From NCBI GenBank assembly GCA_050749685.1, contig JBOGRS010000003.1, forward strand, positions 1 to 54,790: a stretch of DNA of 54,790 nucleotides, written 5' to 3'. The notes under the pieces are model-generated. The model was given only the letters and a program-made list of their open reading frames with translations, ran no database searches and had not been told where the DNA came from. Positions 27,024 to 36,071 of this stretch are shown here, piece after piece (the first letter of the stretch is position 1; each line of letters opens with the position of its first letter). The stretch is from Thermoplasmata archaeon. Lineage in GTDB: Archaea > Thermoplasmatota > Thermoplasmata > Lutacidiplasmatales > UBA184. The position numbers were made by a program, and so were the translations under genes.

Positions 27024-27845
27024 ATGGCCGTGCCGGAGCGCGAAGGTTTCGCCGAGGTCGACGGAGGGGGCCGACTCTTCTTCGAGACGCGCGGCGAGGG
27101 GCACGCCGTCGTCCTCCTCCACGCGGGGATCGCGGACCGTAGGATGTGGGCCGCCCAGTTCGCCGGCTATGCCGGGCGGTATCAGGTCGTTCGGTACGAC
27201 GTGCGGGGCTTTGGCCGCTCCGACGCGCCCAAGGCGCCCTACTCCGACGCCGAGGACCTCTCCGCCCTCCTCCGTGCGCTCGACCTCGATCGTGTCAGCC
27301 TGGTCGGCTCGTCGAACGGTGGGCGGATCGCCCTCGACTTCGCCCTGACGCACCCCACCATGGTCGAAGCGCTGGTCGCGGCCGCCCCGGGACTCGTCGG
27401 CTACGAGATCTCGGACGACCCCGAAGAGCGAGCGGCGTTCGACGAGCTAGAGCAGGAGCAAGTCGCGGCGCGGGAGGTGGCGCGCACCGTCGGCCTCGAG
27501 GCCGGCATCGACCGCCTGATCGCCCTGTGGGCGCGGGCGGTCCCGGAGGCGGCCCGCCCGGCCGTGTTCGAGATGATGCGCGACAACGCGCGTCGCGTCT
27601 TCGACGACGATCGCGACTTCGCTATCGGGCTCGATCCTCCGACGGTGAAGCAGCTCCCGCAGCTTCGGGTCCCCACCCTCGTGGTCGAGGGCGAGCTCGA
27701 CCACCCGGCGATGCACTACCTCGCCGACGCCGTCGCCAACGGGGTGCCCGGCTCGCAGCGCACGACGATCGAGGGCGCCGACCATCTCATCAACCTCTCC
27801 CGCCCCGAGGCCTTCGACCGAGCCGTCCTCGATTTCCTGGCGTGA
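27024..27845 (+). CDS. Alpha/beta-fold hydrolase
   Basis: VVLLHAGIADRRMW, the nucleophile elbow VGSSNGG, and a C-terminal GADHLINLSRPEAF (catalytic His region). Confidence 0.8.
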   Translation: MAVPEREGFAEVDGGGRLFFETRGEGHAVVLLHAGIADRRMWAAQFAGYAGRYQVVRYDVRGFGRSDAPKAPYSDAEDLSALLRALDLDRVSLVGSSNGGRIALDFALTHPTMVEALVAAAPGLVGYEISDDPEERAAFDELEQEQVAAREVARTVGLEAGIDRLIALWARAVPEAARPAVFEMMRDNARRVFDDDRDFAIGLDPPTVKQLPQLRVPTLVVEGELDHPAMHYLADAVANGVPGSQRTTIEGADHLINLSRPEAFDRAVLDFLA

Positions 27846-28068
27846 CCACCTCGACCGACGCCCACGTCCCTTGCGGGGTCCGCGCGTCCGTCGCCGGACT
27901 TCGGCCGGTTCGTGGTTCCCGCGCACGGGGGTCGATGGATCTCGGGTCGAGGGTGCCGCGAGGGACGGCTCGGGTGGGCGGGAACACGAGGGCGTGGGAC
28001 CCATCCCCCTGACGGGGCGGTCGGCGCGGCCGTTCGTTCCCGATCACGGGGGGGCCGCCACGCGGGAC

Positions 28069-29412
28069 TTATGACGTGGGGCCCTCGACCCGTGCATCCG
28101 CTACGGCGAGGGCCCGATCGAGGGCATCGAGACCGCGGTCGAGCTCCTCGCGCGTGATGATGAGGGGTGGGGCGACGATGAGGTGGGAGACCCACGGCAG
28201 GAGGTAGACCCCCTCCTGCATCATCGCACGAGCGACCTCCTCGGCGACCAGCGGTCGGCCCTTGAGCTTGTCGTCGTCGGTATTGAACGGGGCCTTGGTC
28301 GACCGGTTCTTCACGAGCTCGACGGCGGCAAACAGCCCCATCCCCCGTACGTCCCCCACCGACGGATGCCGCTCCCCGATCTCGCGCAATCGCTTCAGGA
28401 GATACTCTCCGTCCGTCCGCGACTTCTCGAGGAGCCCAAGCCGACGGTACTCGCCGATGGCCGCGACGGCCGAGGCGAGGGCGAGGGGGTGGGCCTCATA
28501 GGTGTGCCCGTGCGGGAAGTAGCGGTCGGTGAACGTCGCATAGACGTCCTGCGTCGTGGCCGTCAGGCCGAGCGGGACGTAGGCGCCGGTGATCCCCTTG
28601 GCCGTCGTGAGGAGGTCCGGAACGACCCCGAAGCGTCGGGAGGCGAACCAGTCACCGGTCCGCCCCCACCCGGTCATCACCTCGTCGGCGATGAGGAGGA
28701 CGTCGTGGGCGCGCGTGATCGCGCGGAGGCGCGGGAGGTATTCCGGCACGGGGACGATGACGCCGTTCGTCCCCACGACGGGTTCCACGATCATCGCCGC
28801 GACGTCCCCCTCGTGCTCGAGCTGGTAGTCGACGTACTCCGCGCAGGCGATCCCGCAGCTCGGGTACGTGAGTCCGAAGGGGCATCGGTAGCAGTAACAA
28901 TCCGGGGCAAAGACGGTCCCGGGGACCTTCTCGACCGGTTCGATCGCCCGACGACGGGGGTCGCCCGTCACCGAGATCGACGCCGCCGTCGCGCCGTGGT
29001 AGGAGCGGTAGCGCGAGAGGATCTTCGAGCGTCCGGTGACCGCGCGCGCGATCTTGAGGGCGGCCTCGTTGGCCTCGGTCCCGGACGTCGAGAAGAAGTA
29101 GCGGTGTAGCCCCTCGGGAAGGACGGCGCCGAGGGCGGTGCTGAGCTCGGCCCGCGCCTCCGTGGCGAACCCCGGGGCGACGTACGGCAGGGTCCGCGCC
29201 TGACGGGCGATCGCGTCGACGACGGCCTCGTTCCCGTGGCCCAAGTTCGTCGCGACGAGCTGCGAGGCGAGGTCGAGGAAGGCACGCCCGTCCGAGGTCC
29301 AGAAGGTCGAGCCCTTCGCCCGAGTCACGATCAGGGGAGCCCAGCCACCTTGGTGACGCCACGACGCGTAGTTCGTCGCCCTCACCCGGGCCGGCGCCTC
29401 GTCCGGATCCAC
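28069..29412 (-). CDS. Class-III (PLP) aminotransferase, omega-transaminase-like
   Basis: Motifs FSTSGTEANEAALKIAR, LIADEVMTGWGRTGDWFA and TTAKGITGAYVPLG (PLP-Lys). Confidence 0.85.
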   Translation of the reverse strand: MDPDEAPARVRATNYASWRHQGGWAPLIVTRAKGSTFWTSDGRAFLDLASQLVATNLGHGNEAVVDAIARQARTLPYVAPGFATEARAELSTALGAVLPEGLHRYFFSTSGTEANEAALKIARAVTGRSKILSRYRSYHGATAASISVTGDPRRRAIEPVEKVPGTVFAPDCYCYRCPFGLTYPSCGIACAEYVDYQLEHEGDVAAMIVEPVVGTNGVIVPVPEYLPRLRAITRAHDVLLIADEVMTGWGRTGDWFASRRFGVVPDLLTTAKGITGAYVPLGLTATTQDVYATFTDRYFPHGHTYEAHPLALASAVAAIGEYRRLGLLEKSRTDGEYLLKRLREIGERHPSVGDVRGMGLFAAVELVKNRSTKAPFNTDDDKLKGRPLVAEEVARAMMQEGVYLLPWVSHLIVAPPLIITREELDRGLDALDRALAVADARVEGPTS

Positions 29413-29421
29413 CGGTTCGCC

Positions 29422-30090
29422 TCAGAACTTCGCGACCAGGTCGCGGATCTTCTGGCTCCCGTTCGTGAGGAACGGCCCCCCGTGATAGCTCAGGACGGCC
29501 ACGACGGGGAGGTGGCCGACGTGACGCGCCGAGATCTGGGCGGTGCCGGTGTGGTGCGTGAACTCCGGGGTGGTGAGGATGAGCGATGTCCCCTGCCCGA
29601 AGAACAGGTCCCCCGAGAAGAGGAGATGGCGTTCGGGATGGTAGAACGACGTGTGCCCGGGGGTGTGCCCCGGGGTATGGTAGGCGACGAGCCCTCCCGC
29701 CGCATCGACCGTGTCCCCGTCCTTGAGCCGTTCGTCGATCTCGACCGGCTCGAGCGGCGGCATCCCGGGCCCATCGTAGGTCGGTCGGCCGGCGATGAAG
29801 TCCGCTTCGATCCAGTGGGCGAACGTCCGGGCCCTTGTGATCTCGATCATGCGTCGGAGCCCGCCCGTGTGGTCGCGGTGAAGGTGCGTGATGAGGATCC
29901 GGCGCACCCTCGTCGGGGCGATCCCCTGCTTCTTCAGGTAGGCGGCGATCGTGACATCGGACCCGGGGAGCCCCGTGTCGATGAGCGTGTAGGTCCCGCC
30001 CGGGTCCTGGGCGAGGTAGACGTGGGTGGTGAAGTCCGGTGATGGGTCGACCCCTTCCACCTGATGGATTCCCGGCAGGATCTCGGCCAT
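29422..30090 (-). CDS. MBL-fold metallo-hydrolase
   Basis: The HxHxDH motif (ITHLHRDHTGG) plus the downstream YHTPGHTPGH. The stop lies 10 nt upstream of the aminotransferase start. Confidence 0.85.
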   Translation of the reverse strand: MAEILPGIHQVEGVDPSPDFTTHVYLAQDPGGTYTLIDTGLPGSDVTIAAYLKKQGIAPTRVRRILITHLHRDHTGGLRRMIEITRARTFAHWIEADFIAGRPTYDGPGMPPLEPVEIDERLKDGDTVDAAGGLVAYHTPGHTPGHTSFYHPERHLLFSGDLFFGQGTSLILTTPEFTHHTGTAQISARHVGHLPVVAVLSYHGGPFLTNGSQKIRDLVAKF

Positions 30091-30127
30091 CGGTTGCGCT
30101 CCGCGGGGGTCACGCGCTTGCGGGGGA

Positions 30128-30949
30128 TTAAGCTCGCGGGGCGCGAGGGACCCGCGCGCCTTTCCTCCGGGGCGTCGCCCGGTGGGGGGCGACCCACGGA
30201 GCGGGCGACCAGAGGGTATGGGGAACCGACTGGTACGCCAAGAACTCGTTCCCGTCCGGGTCGGCGAAACGGAGCGTGACCTCCCCCCACGGCTCCGCCC
30301 GAGCTTCCTGCGTCACGCGCGCGCCCGCGTGCCGGAGCCTCAGTTCGAGCGCCGGGACACTGTCCGTCCGGAACGCGATCCCCGTCGCCGCGCCCGCACG
30401 GGCGAGGGTCTCCGAGTAGTAGGGCTCGCCCCACGAGCGCTGGGGCGAGATCAGCGATACGGCCACCGCTCCACCGCCCAGGGAGAGCTCGAGAAGGCCG
30501 GTCTCGGGGTCGCGCGCGCGCACCGTCAGCCCCAACACCTCCCGGTACCAGGCGGCCGCCGCCGCCTGGTCGTGCACCACGACGGAGATGCGGTCGAGCG
30601 ACGTGAGACGGCCCGCGCCCCGGGCGGGCGGCGGATCGAGGTTCACCCCACTTCCCGTCGCCGTCGGGCGCCAGGCCTGGACTTCGTAGGTCACGTCGGG
30701 GAGCGCGCGCCAAGGATCGGAACGCAGGATACGGGCCGCCTCGCCCGAGTCCACCGCCCGGAAGACGAGGAGGTCGCCGGCGGGATCCGCGAGGCTCCCG
30801 TGGGCCACGAGCCGGCCGACGCGCTCGAGGTTCGCGACGAACGTCCGAACGACCCGCGGGGCCGGCGGTTCGGTGGGGCCGGGAGCGAAGCGGACGGAGC
30901 GTAGGTAGAGTCGCTTCGGCTTGGGTCCGGGTCGCGCCCCGCGTGCCAT
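30128..30949 (-). CDS. Fusion protein: YciI-like N-terminal domain + VOC (glyoxalase/bleomycin-resistance/dioxygenase) domain
   Basis: The N-terminal half, GRLVAHGSLADPAGDLLVFRAVDSGEAARILRSDPW...YEVQAW, is YciI-like. The C-terminal half, LDRISVVVHDQAAAAAWYREVLGL...FADPDGNEF, is VOC-like. Confidence 0.65.
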   Translation of the reverse strand: MARGARPGPKPKRLYLRSVRFAPGPTEPPAPRVVRTFVANLERVGRLVAHGSLADPAGDLLVFRAVDSGEAARILRSDPWRALPDVTYEVQAWRPTATGSGVNLDPPPARGAGRLTSLDRISVVVHDQAAAAAWYREVLGLTVRARDPETGLLELSLGGGAVAVSLISPQRSWGEPYYSETLARAGAATGIAFRTDSVPALELRLRHAGARVTQEARAEPWGEVTLRFADPDGNEFLAYQSVPHTLWSPAPWVAPHRATPRRKGARVPRAPRA

Positions 30950-31099
30950 CGATCCTCCCGAGGTCGTCGGCCCTACATAGCCGACCGCAGGGCGGCCGGA
31001 CGCGGTCGATCCGGGACCGTCGACCGCCCGGGGAGGCCAGGGGGCCTACTTGCGTCAGCACCCCAACATTCAAGTACCAGCGCCCGCGAACCATCGTGC

Positions 31100-33490
31100 A
31101 TGCGACCTCTCTGGGCCACCGCGTTCGCCGGACTGTTACTCTTGTCGATCCTTGCCGTGGCCCCGGGCGCCGCTCACGCGAGCCCGGCAACGCCTTCGGC
31201 GCCGCAGATCTCGACCGTCCAGATCCGGACGACGACCTCGTACGGGTCTCTGACGACCTCCTTCTCCGCGGGCTACGGCTATGGACAGGTCTACTTCACG
31301 GCCTACGACCCGAGCGGGGACACGAGCGCCCAGGTTCGGATCAACGACCTCAACGCCTCGCGCGACCACCTCAGCAACCCGGTCGCGAACTGGACGGTCC
31401 ACTTCCCGTCCGGAAGCTACAACAACAGCTACCTCTGGAACGGGAACGGCTACTACCAGATCCCGCTCGACCTCGTCTACGGGGGCACCTGGAACATCAC
31501 GATCCAGGGAACGCTCGGCGGGTTCTCCTTCGCCAACTTCACGGTCCACACCTACACGGTCTACCTCACCCCCACGTCGCCCACGTGGATGGCCGGCCAC
31601 ACGAACTCGGTCCTCTACAACATCAATGCGACGGCCAACCAGGCCCCGTACCGCAACATCACCTCGGTGGTCGTGGCGGAGAACTACTACAGCTCGACCG
31701 CCGGACACCTGGTCGCGGTCCCCGGGAGCCCGAAGAGCCTCGGTGCCACCTCCCAGGGGCAGTTCAGCGTCGACCTTCCTTCGGACGCGGCCTCCTACAT
31801 CCAGTTCGTGATCTGGGCGAACGTCTCCACGCCGGCGGTGAACCTGTCCGTGGTCGGCGGGCTCGCGGTCCAGATCGGGACGATCTCCCCGGCCACGGTG
31901 CGCCTCGCCAACTGCCCCACCCTCGCGTGCGGGACGTCCGTCTTCACCGACGGTGCCCCGGCCTACGTCTTCATCCACGAAACGCTCTCGGGATTCTTCT
32001 CGTCGGCGAACGGGACGAACCTCTCGGTGAAGGTCCAGTTCGAGCGCGGGTCGACCATCGTCAACCCGTCCGGAAGCCCGCCAACGAGCCTCACCACGAA
32101 CACCACCGGAGGCGCTGAGCTCCTGTTCGTCGCCTCGTCCCAGGTCTTCTCGACCTCGGGAACGAACTCGGTGGTCGTGACGATCAGCGACCCGATCAAC
32201 TCCGCCGCCACCCCGGCGACGACGACGGTGAATTTCTTCGTCATCCCCCCCGGAGCGGGCGTCGCGACCCTTCAGGTCTCGCTCGACAACCTCCAGTACT
32301 TCGGCGGCGACACGGCGACCGCGACGTGGGTCTTGGGCGGCATCAACGCGAGCGTCACCGGGGGCTGGATCGTCGACAGCTGGCAGGTCTGGTCCTCCTA
32401 CTCCTCGACCCTGTTGGCCCAGGGAACGATCGCATCGACTTCGACCCAGGGAACGTTCCAGTTCACGGCGCCCCTCAGCTTCGCCGGGAAGATCCGCGCG
32501 ACGGTGACCGCCCATAACACGTCCGCGGCGCAGAGCGCCAACGCCTACGCCTTCGTGACCGCACCGACCATCCTCCTGACACCGAACGAGGCGTACTTCC
32601 TCCCCGGCGACACCGTGACGGTGAACGTCGCGACGAACGGGGGCGTCCTGAGCTCCGCCCAGATGTGGGAGACCGTCACCGACAGCGTGGGCAACACGAT
32701 CTCCTCGGGCATTCTGAGCGGCCACCAGGTGACCGTGAGCGTCCCGAAGGTCGCGGCCCCGAGCTACTACCGCATCAGCGTCGCGGCCCAGGACCCGACC
32801 CTCGGCGTGATCGCGAGCGCATCGGTCTCGGTCGACCAGGGCTCGGGCTACCTCATCTTCGCGGGCGTCGACACGGTGTCGAGCTACGCGGACGGGAGCT
32901 TCCAGCCGGGCCAGACGATCAACCTCCACTACACGATCGCGGCGATCGGTGGCGCGGTCCTCCCGAAGACGTTCTACCTCGAGATCTACCCCGCGGCGGG
33001 CTTCTTCGGGTCCGGCTCGGGGACCCTCGAGGTCTCGACGAGCCAGCCGACGGGCAACGTCCAGTACACGATCCCGTCGAGCATGCCTCGCGGCGCCCAG
33101 TCGTTCTACGTCTACTCCTACATGGGGAGCTGCGTCTCGGTGTGCTACGCGGACACCCAGTTCGCGGTCAACGTGAACCCGAGCCCGTCGGCGTTGAGCT
33201 ACGAGCTCGGCGCGGGCAGCGGGATCACCGTCGCGTGGCTCGTCCTCTTCCTCATCGTGGTCCTGCTCGCGATCGTCGGGCTCGCCATGATGCGCCGCAA
33301 CCGCGGACGCGGAGGACGCTCGGAGAGCCCGAGGCCGTTCACGCCGCCGACGACCTCGACCCCGCCGCCGCCGGCCTCCCCCCCGCAGACCGCTCCCGCG
33401 GCCCCCTGGGAGGAGCCCAACCGAGCCGCTGTCGGTGGTGGCGGGTCCTCGCAGACCCCTCCCCTACCCCGTACGGGCGGGTCGAGCTAG
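31100..33490 (+). CDS. Surface protein (796 aa): signal peptide, repeated Ig/MG-like beta-sandwich units, TM anchor, Pro-rich tail
   Basis: Signal: MRPLWATAFAGLLLLSILAVAPGAAHA. Recurring strand motif: YFGGDTATATW, FLPGDTVTVNV, FQPGQTINLHY. Sequons are dense. TM is VAWLVLFLIVVLLAIVGLAMMRRNR, followed by PPTTSTPPPPASPPQTAP. Confidence 0.8.
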   Translation: MRPLWATAFAGLLLLSILAVAPGAAHASPATPSAPQISTVQIRTTTSYGSLTTSFSAGYGYGQVYFTAYDPSGDTSAQVRINDLNASRDHLSNPVANWTVHFPSGSYNNSYLWNGNGYYQIPLDLVYGGTWNITIQGTLGGFSFANFTVHTYTVYLTPTSPTWMAGHTNSVLYNINATANQAPYRNITSVVVAENYYSSTAGHLVAVPGSPKSLGATSQGQFSVDLPSDAASYIQFVIWANVSTPAVNLSVVGGLAVQIGTISPATVRLANCPTLACGTSVFTDGAPAYVFIHETLSGFFSSANGTNLSVKVQFERGSTIVNPSGSPPTSLTTNTTGGAELLFVASSQVFSTSGTNSVVVTISDPINSAATPATTTVNFFVIPPGAGVATLQVSLDNLQYFGGDTATATWVLGGINASVTGGWIVDSWQVWSSYSSTLLAQGTIASTSTQGTFQFTAPLSFAGKIRATVTAHNTSAAQSANAYAFVTAPTILLTPNEAYFLPGDTVTVNVATNGGVLSSAQMWETVTDSVGNTISSGILSGHQVTVSVPKVAAPSYYRISVAAQDPTLGVIASASVSVDQGSGYLIFAGVDTVSSYADGSFQPGQTINLHYTIAAIGGAVLPKTFYLEIYPAAGFFGSGSGTLEVSTSQPTGNVQYTIPSSMPRGAQSFYVYSYMGSCVSVCYADTQFAVNVNPSPSALSYELGAGSGITVAWLVLFLIVVLLAIVGLAMMRRNRGRGGRSESPRPFTPPTTSTPPPPASPPQTAPAAPWEEPNRAAVGGGGSSQTPPLPRTGGSS

Positions 33491-33510
33491 ACGGAGATAC
33501 GCCCGCTACC

Positions 33511-34506
33511 CTATCGGGTCCCGGCGGCGAGGCCGCCGAGGGCCCGCACGGTCCCTTCCGCGTCCTCGTACGGCAAGCCCCCGAAGTCCACCATCGCGAG
33601 GAGTTCATCGACGCCCGTCGATTTCCACGCCTCGAGACGCTCTTCGACCTCCCCCGGGGGTCCGAAGACGGCCCACCCGGCCGCCTCGATCGCCTCGGCT
33701 CGAGCGTGCTGTGGGTCCTCCCGAACCTTCTCGAGGTAGAAGGTGCTCTGGGTCGCCCGGCGGGTGTCGAGAAAGCGCTGAAGGGCGGATCGCGCCCGGT
33801 CGGCGCGCGCTCCGGCGTAGACGTGCACGGCGGCCGCGACGTGACCCTTCGCCCCCTCCGGTAGGGCGGCACGATACTCCCGGATGATCCCGGCGAGGTC
33901 CTCCAACGACCCCAACGTGGCGTAGGGTATGAGGGCGAGCGAAAGCCGTTGCCGCGCCACGAACGGGACGGCCTCGCGCCGCTGGACCGCGAGCGTCATC
34001 GGGGGGAAGGGCCGCTGGTCGGGAAGGACGTTGATCGTCACCGGGGTCGCGGAGTCTCCCTCCGAGCGTACCGCCTTCCCCTGGAAGGCCGCCTGGATCT
34101 GGGCGAGCGCGGACTCGAAGCGCTCGCGCTTCGTGCTCGGGTCGATCCCGAAGCCCTCGAACTCGAGCGGAAGGTAGCCACTGCCCACGCCCAGCTCGAG
34201 CCGACCATGGGAGAGGCGATCGACGAGCGCGTACTGTTCGGCCAGCTCGATCGGACGGTGGAAGGGCAGGACGCTCACCATCACCCCGAGACGCAGCCGG
34301 GTCGTCCGCTGGGCGAGGGCGGCGAGGAGCACGGGAGGTGCCGGGCACACCCCCGCCGAGGAGAAGTGGTGCTCGGCGACCCAGATCGCCTGCCAACCGA
34401 ACGCGTCCGCCGCCGCGGCAAGGTCGAGGAGCTCGCCGTAGCGATCCCGCCCGCGACCGGTCTCCCCCGGGAACCCGTCGACGATCGAGAAGATGCTCCA
34501 CCGCAC
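33511..34506 (-). CDS. LLM-class (luciferase-like) flavin-dependent oxidoreductase
   Basis: ORF 33511..34674. The motifs are WSIFSIV...FGWQAIWVAEHHFS...RLELGVGSGY. GTG 34506 (VRWSIF) is preferred because TATA-like GGTTTAAG lies 21 nt upstream of it. Confidence 0.8.
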   Translation of the reverse strand: MRWSIFSIVDGFPGETGRGRDRYGELLDLAAAADAFGWQAIWVAEHHFSSAGVCPAPPVLLAALAQRTTRLRLGVMVSVLPFHRPIELAEQYALVDRLSHGRLELGVGSGYLPLEFEGFGIDPSTKRERFESALAQIQAAFQGKAVRSEGDSATPVTINVLPDQRPFPPMTLAVQRREAVPFVARQRLSLALIPYATLGSLEDLAGIIREYRAALPEGAKGHVAAAVHVYAGARADRARSALQRFLDTRRATQSTFYLEKVREDPQHARAEAIEAAGWAVFGPPGEVEERLEAWKSTGVDELLAMVDFGGLPYEDAEGTVRALGGLAAGTR

Positions 34507-34741
34507 GCCCCGGCGAGACCGGAGAGGCTTAAACCTGCGCGGCCCGCGTCGCCATGCGATCCGACACGTCGTTCGAGCGGGTCGTCCTGTCGGCGCCGTG
34601 CGACTCCGCGGAGCGCCGCTCACCCCCGGGTCGGCCCCGAACGTCGTCGCGCAGGTGCCTCGCGCTCCGGTCACGGCCCGCGACGCCTCGACCGACGCGC
34701 GCGAAAGGCTATGAGACGGGGCGCGGAGTCCCGTAGAGGAT

Positions 34742-34815
34742 GGGCTGGTAGATCAGTCCGGAAGATCGCCGGTTTTGCAAACCGGAGGCCTCGGGTTCAA
34801 ATCCCGACCAGTCCA
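34742..34815 (+). tRNA. tRNA-Ala (anticodon UGC)
   Basis: Hand-folded: acceptor GGGCTGG/CCAGTCC with the G3:U70 alanine identity pair; D arm GATC..GATC; anticodon stem CCGGT/ACCGG with loop TTTGCAA; T arm TCGGG-TTCAAAT-CCCGA; discriminator A. Confidence 0.9.
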
Positions 34816-35000
34816 CTTCGCGTCCCACCCTTCCCCCGCGGAACGAACGGATCGCGAGGGAGGCGCGTGGGACCGCGCGAACCTCGGTAGGCTCCCGCCG
34901 CGGCTTCACGGGGCTCGGGGCCGGCGGCCAAGGTGGTCGAAAGGGTGGAACGGGATGGCCCGGGCAAACCCTTAGGAGTCGCGGCGCGTCCGGTCGCCTC

Positions 35001-36056
35001 GTGGCCCGACCGCGGTGGCGCTACGCCCTCAATCTCTTCCGCCGGATCTACCGGTTCCTGCTCTTCTATGGGTTCGTCTACGGGCTCGCGGGGGTGGGAT
35101 TCTACTATCTGGAGGGTGGTCAGGTCTCGTTGTTCAACGCGTTCTACTGGTCGATCGTCACCCTCGGGACCGTGGGGTACGGTGACATCGTCCCCACCAC
35201 CTTCGGCGCGAAGATCCTCGCGTCCCTCGTGATCGCCACCCAGCTCTTTCTTCTAGGGTATCTTCTTACGGCCATCACGTCCGCGGTCACGGAGGAGTCC
35301 CAGCACCGTCTGATGGGGACCTACGGCACCTCGATGGAGGGGCACGTCGTCGTCCTGGGCTACTCGGGCGTCGGACGGGCCGCGGTGCGCGAACTCCTCG
35401 TCCAACGGCAGAAGGTGGCCGTCGTGACGGAGCACTCCGACGACGTGAGCAACATCCGCAGCCTCGCCTCCGAGTCCGACGTCTTCGTGACGTTCGGTGT
35501 CCCGAGCGAGCTCGACATCCTCGCCCGCCTCAACCTTCCGAAGGCGCGGAGCGCGATCGTCTGCACGAGCGACGATGCGACCAACATGATCGGGGCCCTC
35601 AACGTCCGCTCGCTCGCCCCCCAGCTTAGGGTCGTCGTCTCGGTGAGCCGTCCGGAGCTGCGCGACACGCTGCGCACCGCCGGGGTTACCTACGTCGCGA
35701 GCCCGAGCGACATGGGTGGGCGACTGTGCGCGAGCGCGGCGTTCGAACCCGAGGTGGCCAACGCGATCGAGGACCTCACCGCGGCCGACGTGCACTCGGA
35801 CATGGCGGAGTACATCCTCCGAACCGGCCGGCCCCTCGACGGCACGTCCTTCGGCGAGGCCGAGGGGATCGTGCGGGCGGAGACGGGGTGCATCCTCATC
35901 GGCCACGCGGTCCCGAGGTCGAACGGGGAGTTCGAGCTCCACGTCGCCCCGCCGCCCGCGACACGTCTCGCCGCGGGGCACGCCGTCGTGCTCGTCGGCA
36001 CGATCCCGAACGTTCGGCGCTTCCGTACGTGGTTCGGGAGCGAGCAGGGCCGATAG
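35001..36056 (+). CDS. K+ channel with cytoplasmic RCK/TrkA-N domain (MthK-like)
   Basis: Selectivity filter: FYWSIVTLGTVGYGDIVP. Rossmann-type motif: VVVLGYSGVGRAAVREL. Two TM segments flank the pore helix. Confidence 0.9.
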   Translation: MARPRWRYALNLFRRIYRFLLFYGFVYGLAGVGFYYLEGGQVSLFNAFYWSIVTLGTVGYGDIVPTTFGAKILASLVIATQLFLLGYLLTAITSAVTEESQHRLMGTYGTSMEGHVVVLGYSGVGRAAVRELLVQRQKVAVVTEHSDDVSNIRSLASESDVFVTFGVPSELDILARLNLPKARSAIVCTSDDATNMIGALNVRSLAPQLRVVVSVSRPELRDTLRTAGVTYVASPSDMGGRLCASAAFEPEVANAIEDLTAADVHSDMAEYILRTGRPLDGTSFGEAEGIVRAETGCILIGHAVPRSNGEFELHVAPPPATRLAAGHAVVLVGTIPNVRRFRTWFGSEQGR

Positions 36057-36071
36057 TCGACCGCCGCTTCC

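Noticed and set aside
27846-28068. Unusually long (~220 nt) non-coding spacer between convergent genes with an 8-bp long-range complement (GTTCCCGC 27912-27919 / GCGGGAAC 27977-27984)
   Set aside because: There is no recognisable RNA family or consistent extended structure by eye. At this GC content such pairings are expected by chance. It needs Infernal and a covariation test before any claim.
31136-33872. ORFs 31136..32929 (-), 32665..33864 (+) and 33339..33872 (-)
   Set aside because: They are shadow frames of the 796-aa surface protein and of the LLM oxidoreductase, with Arg/Pro/Gly-rich nonsense composition.
34709-34909. ORFs 34709..34909 (-) and 34775..34975 (+)
   Set aside because: They overlap the tRNA-Ala gene and its downstream spacer and have no protein-like features.
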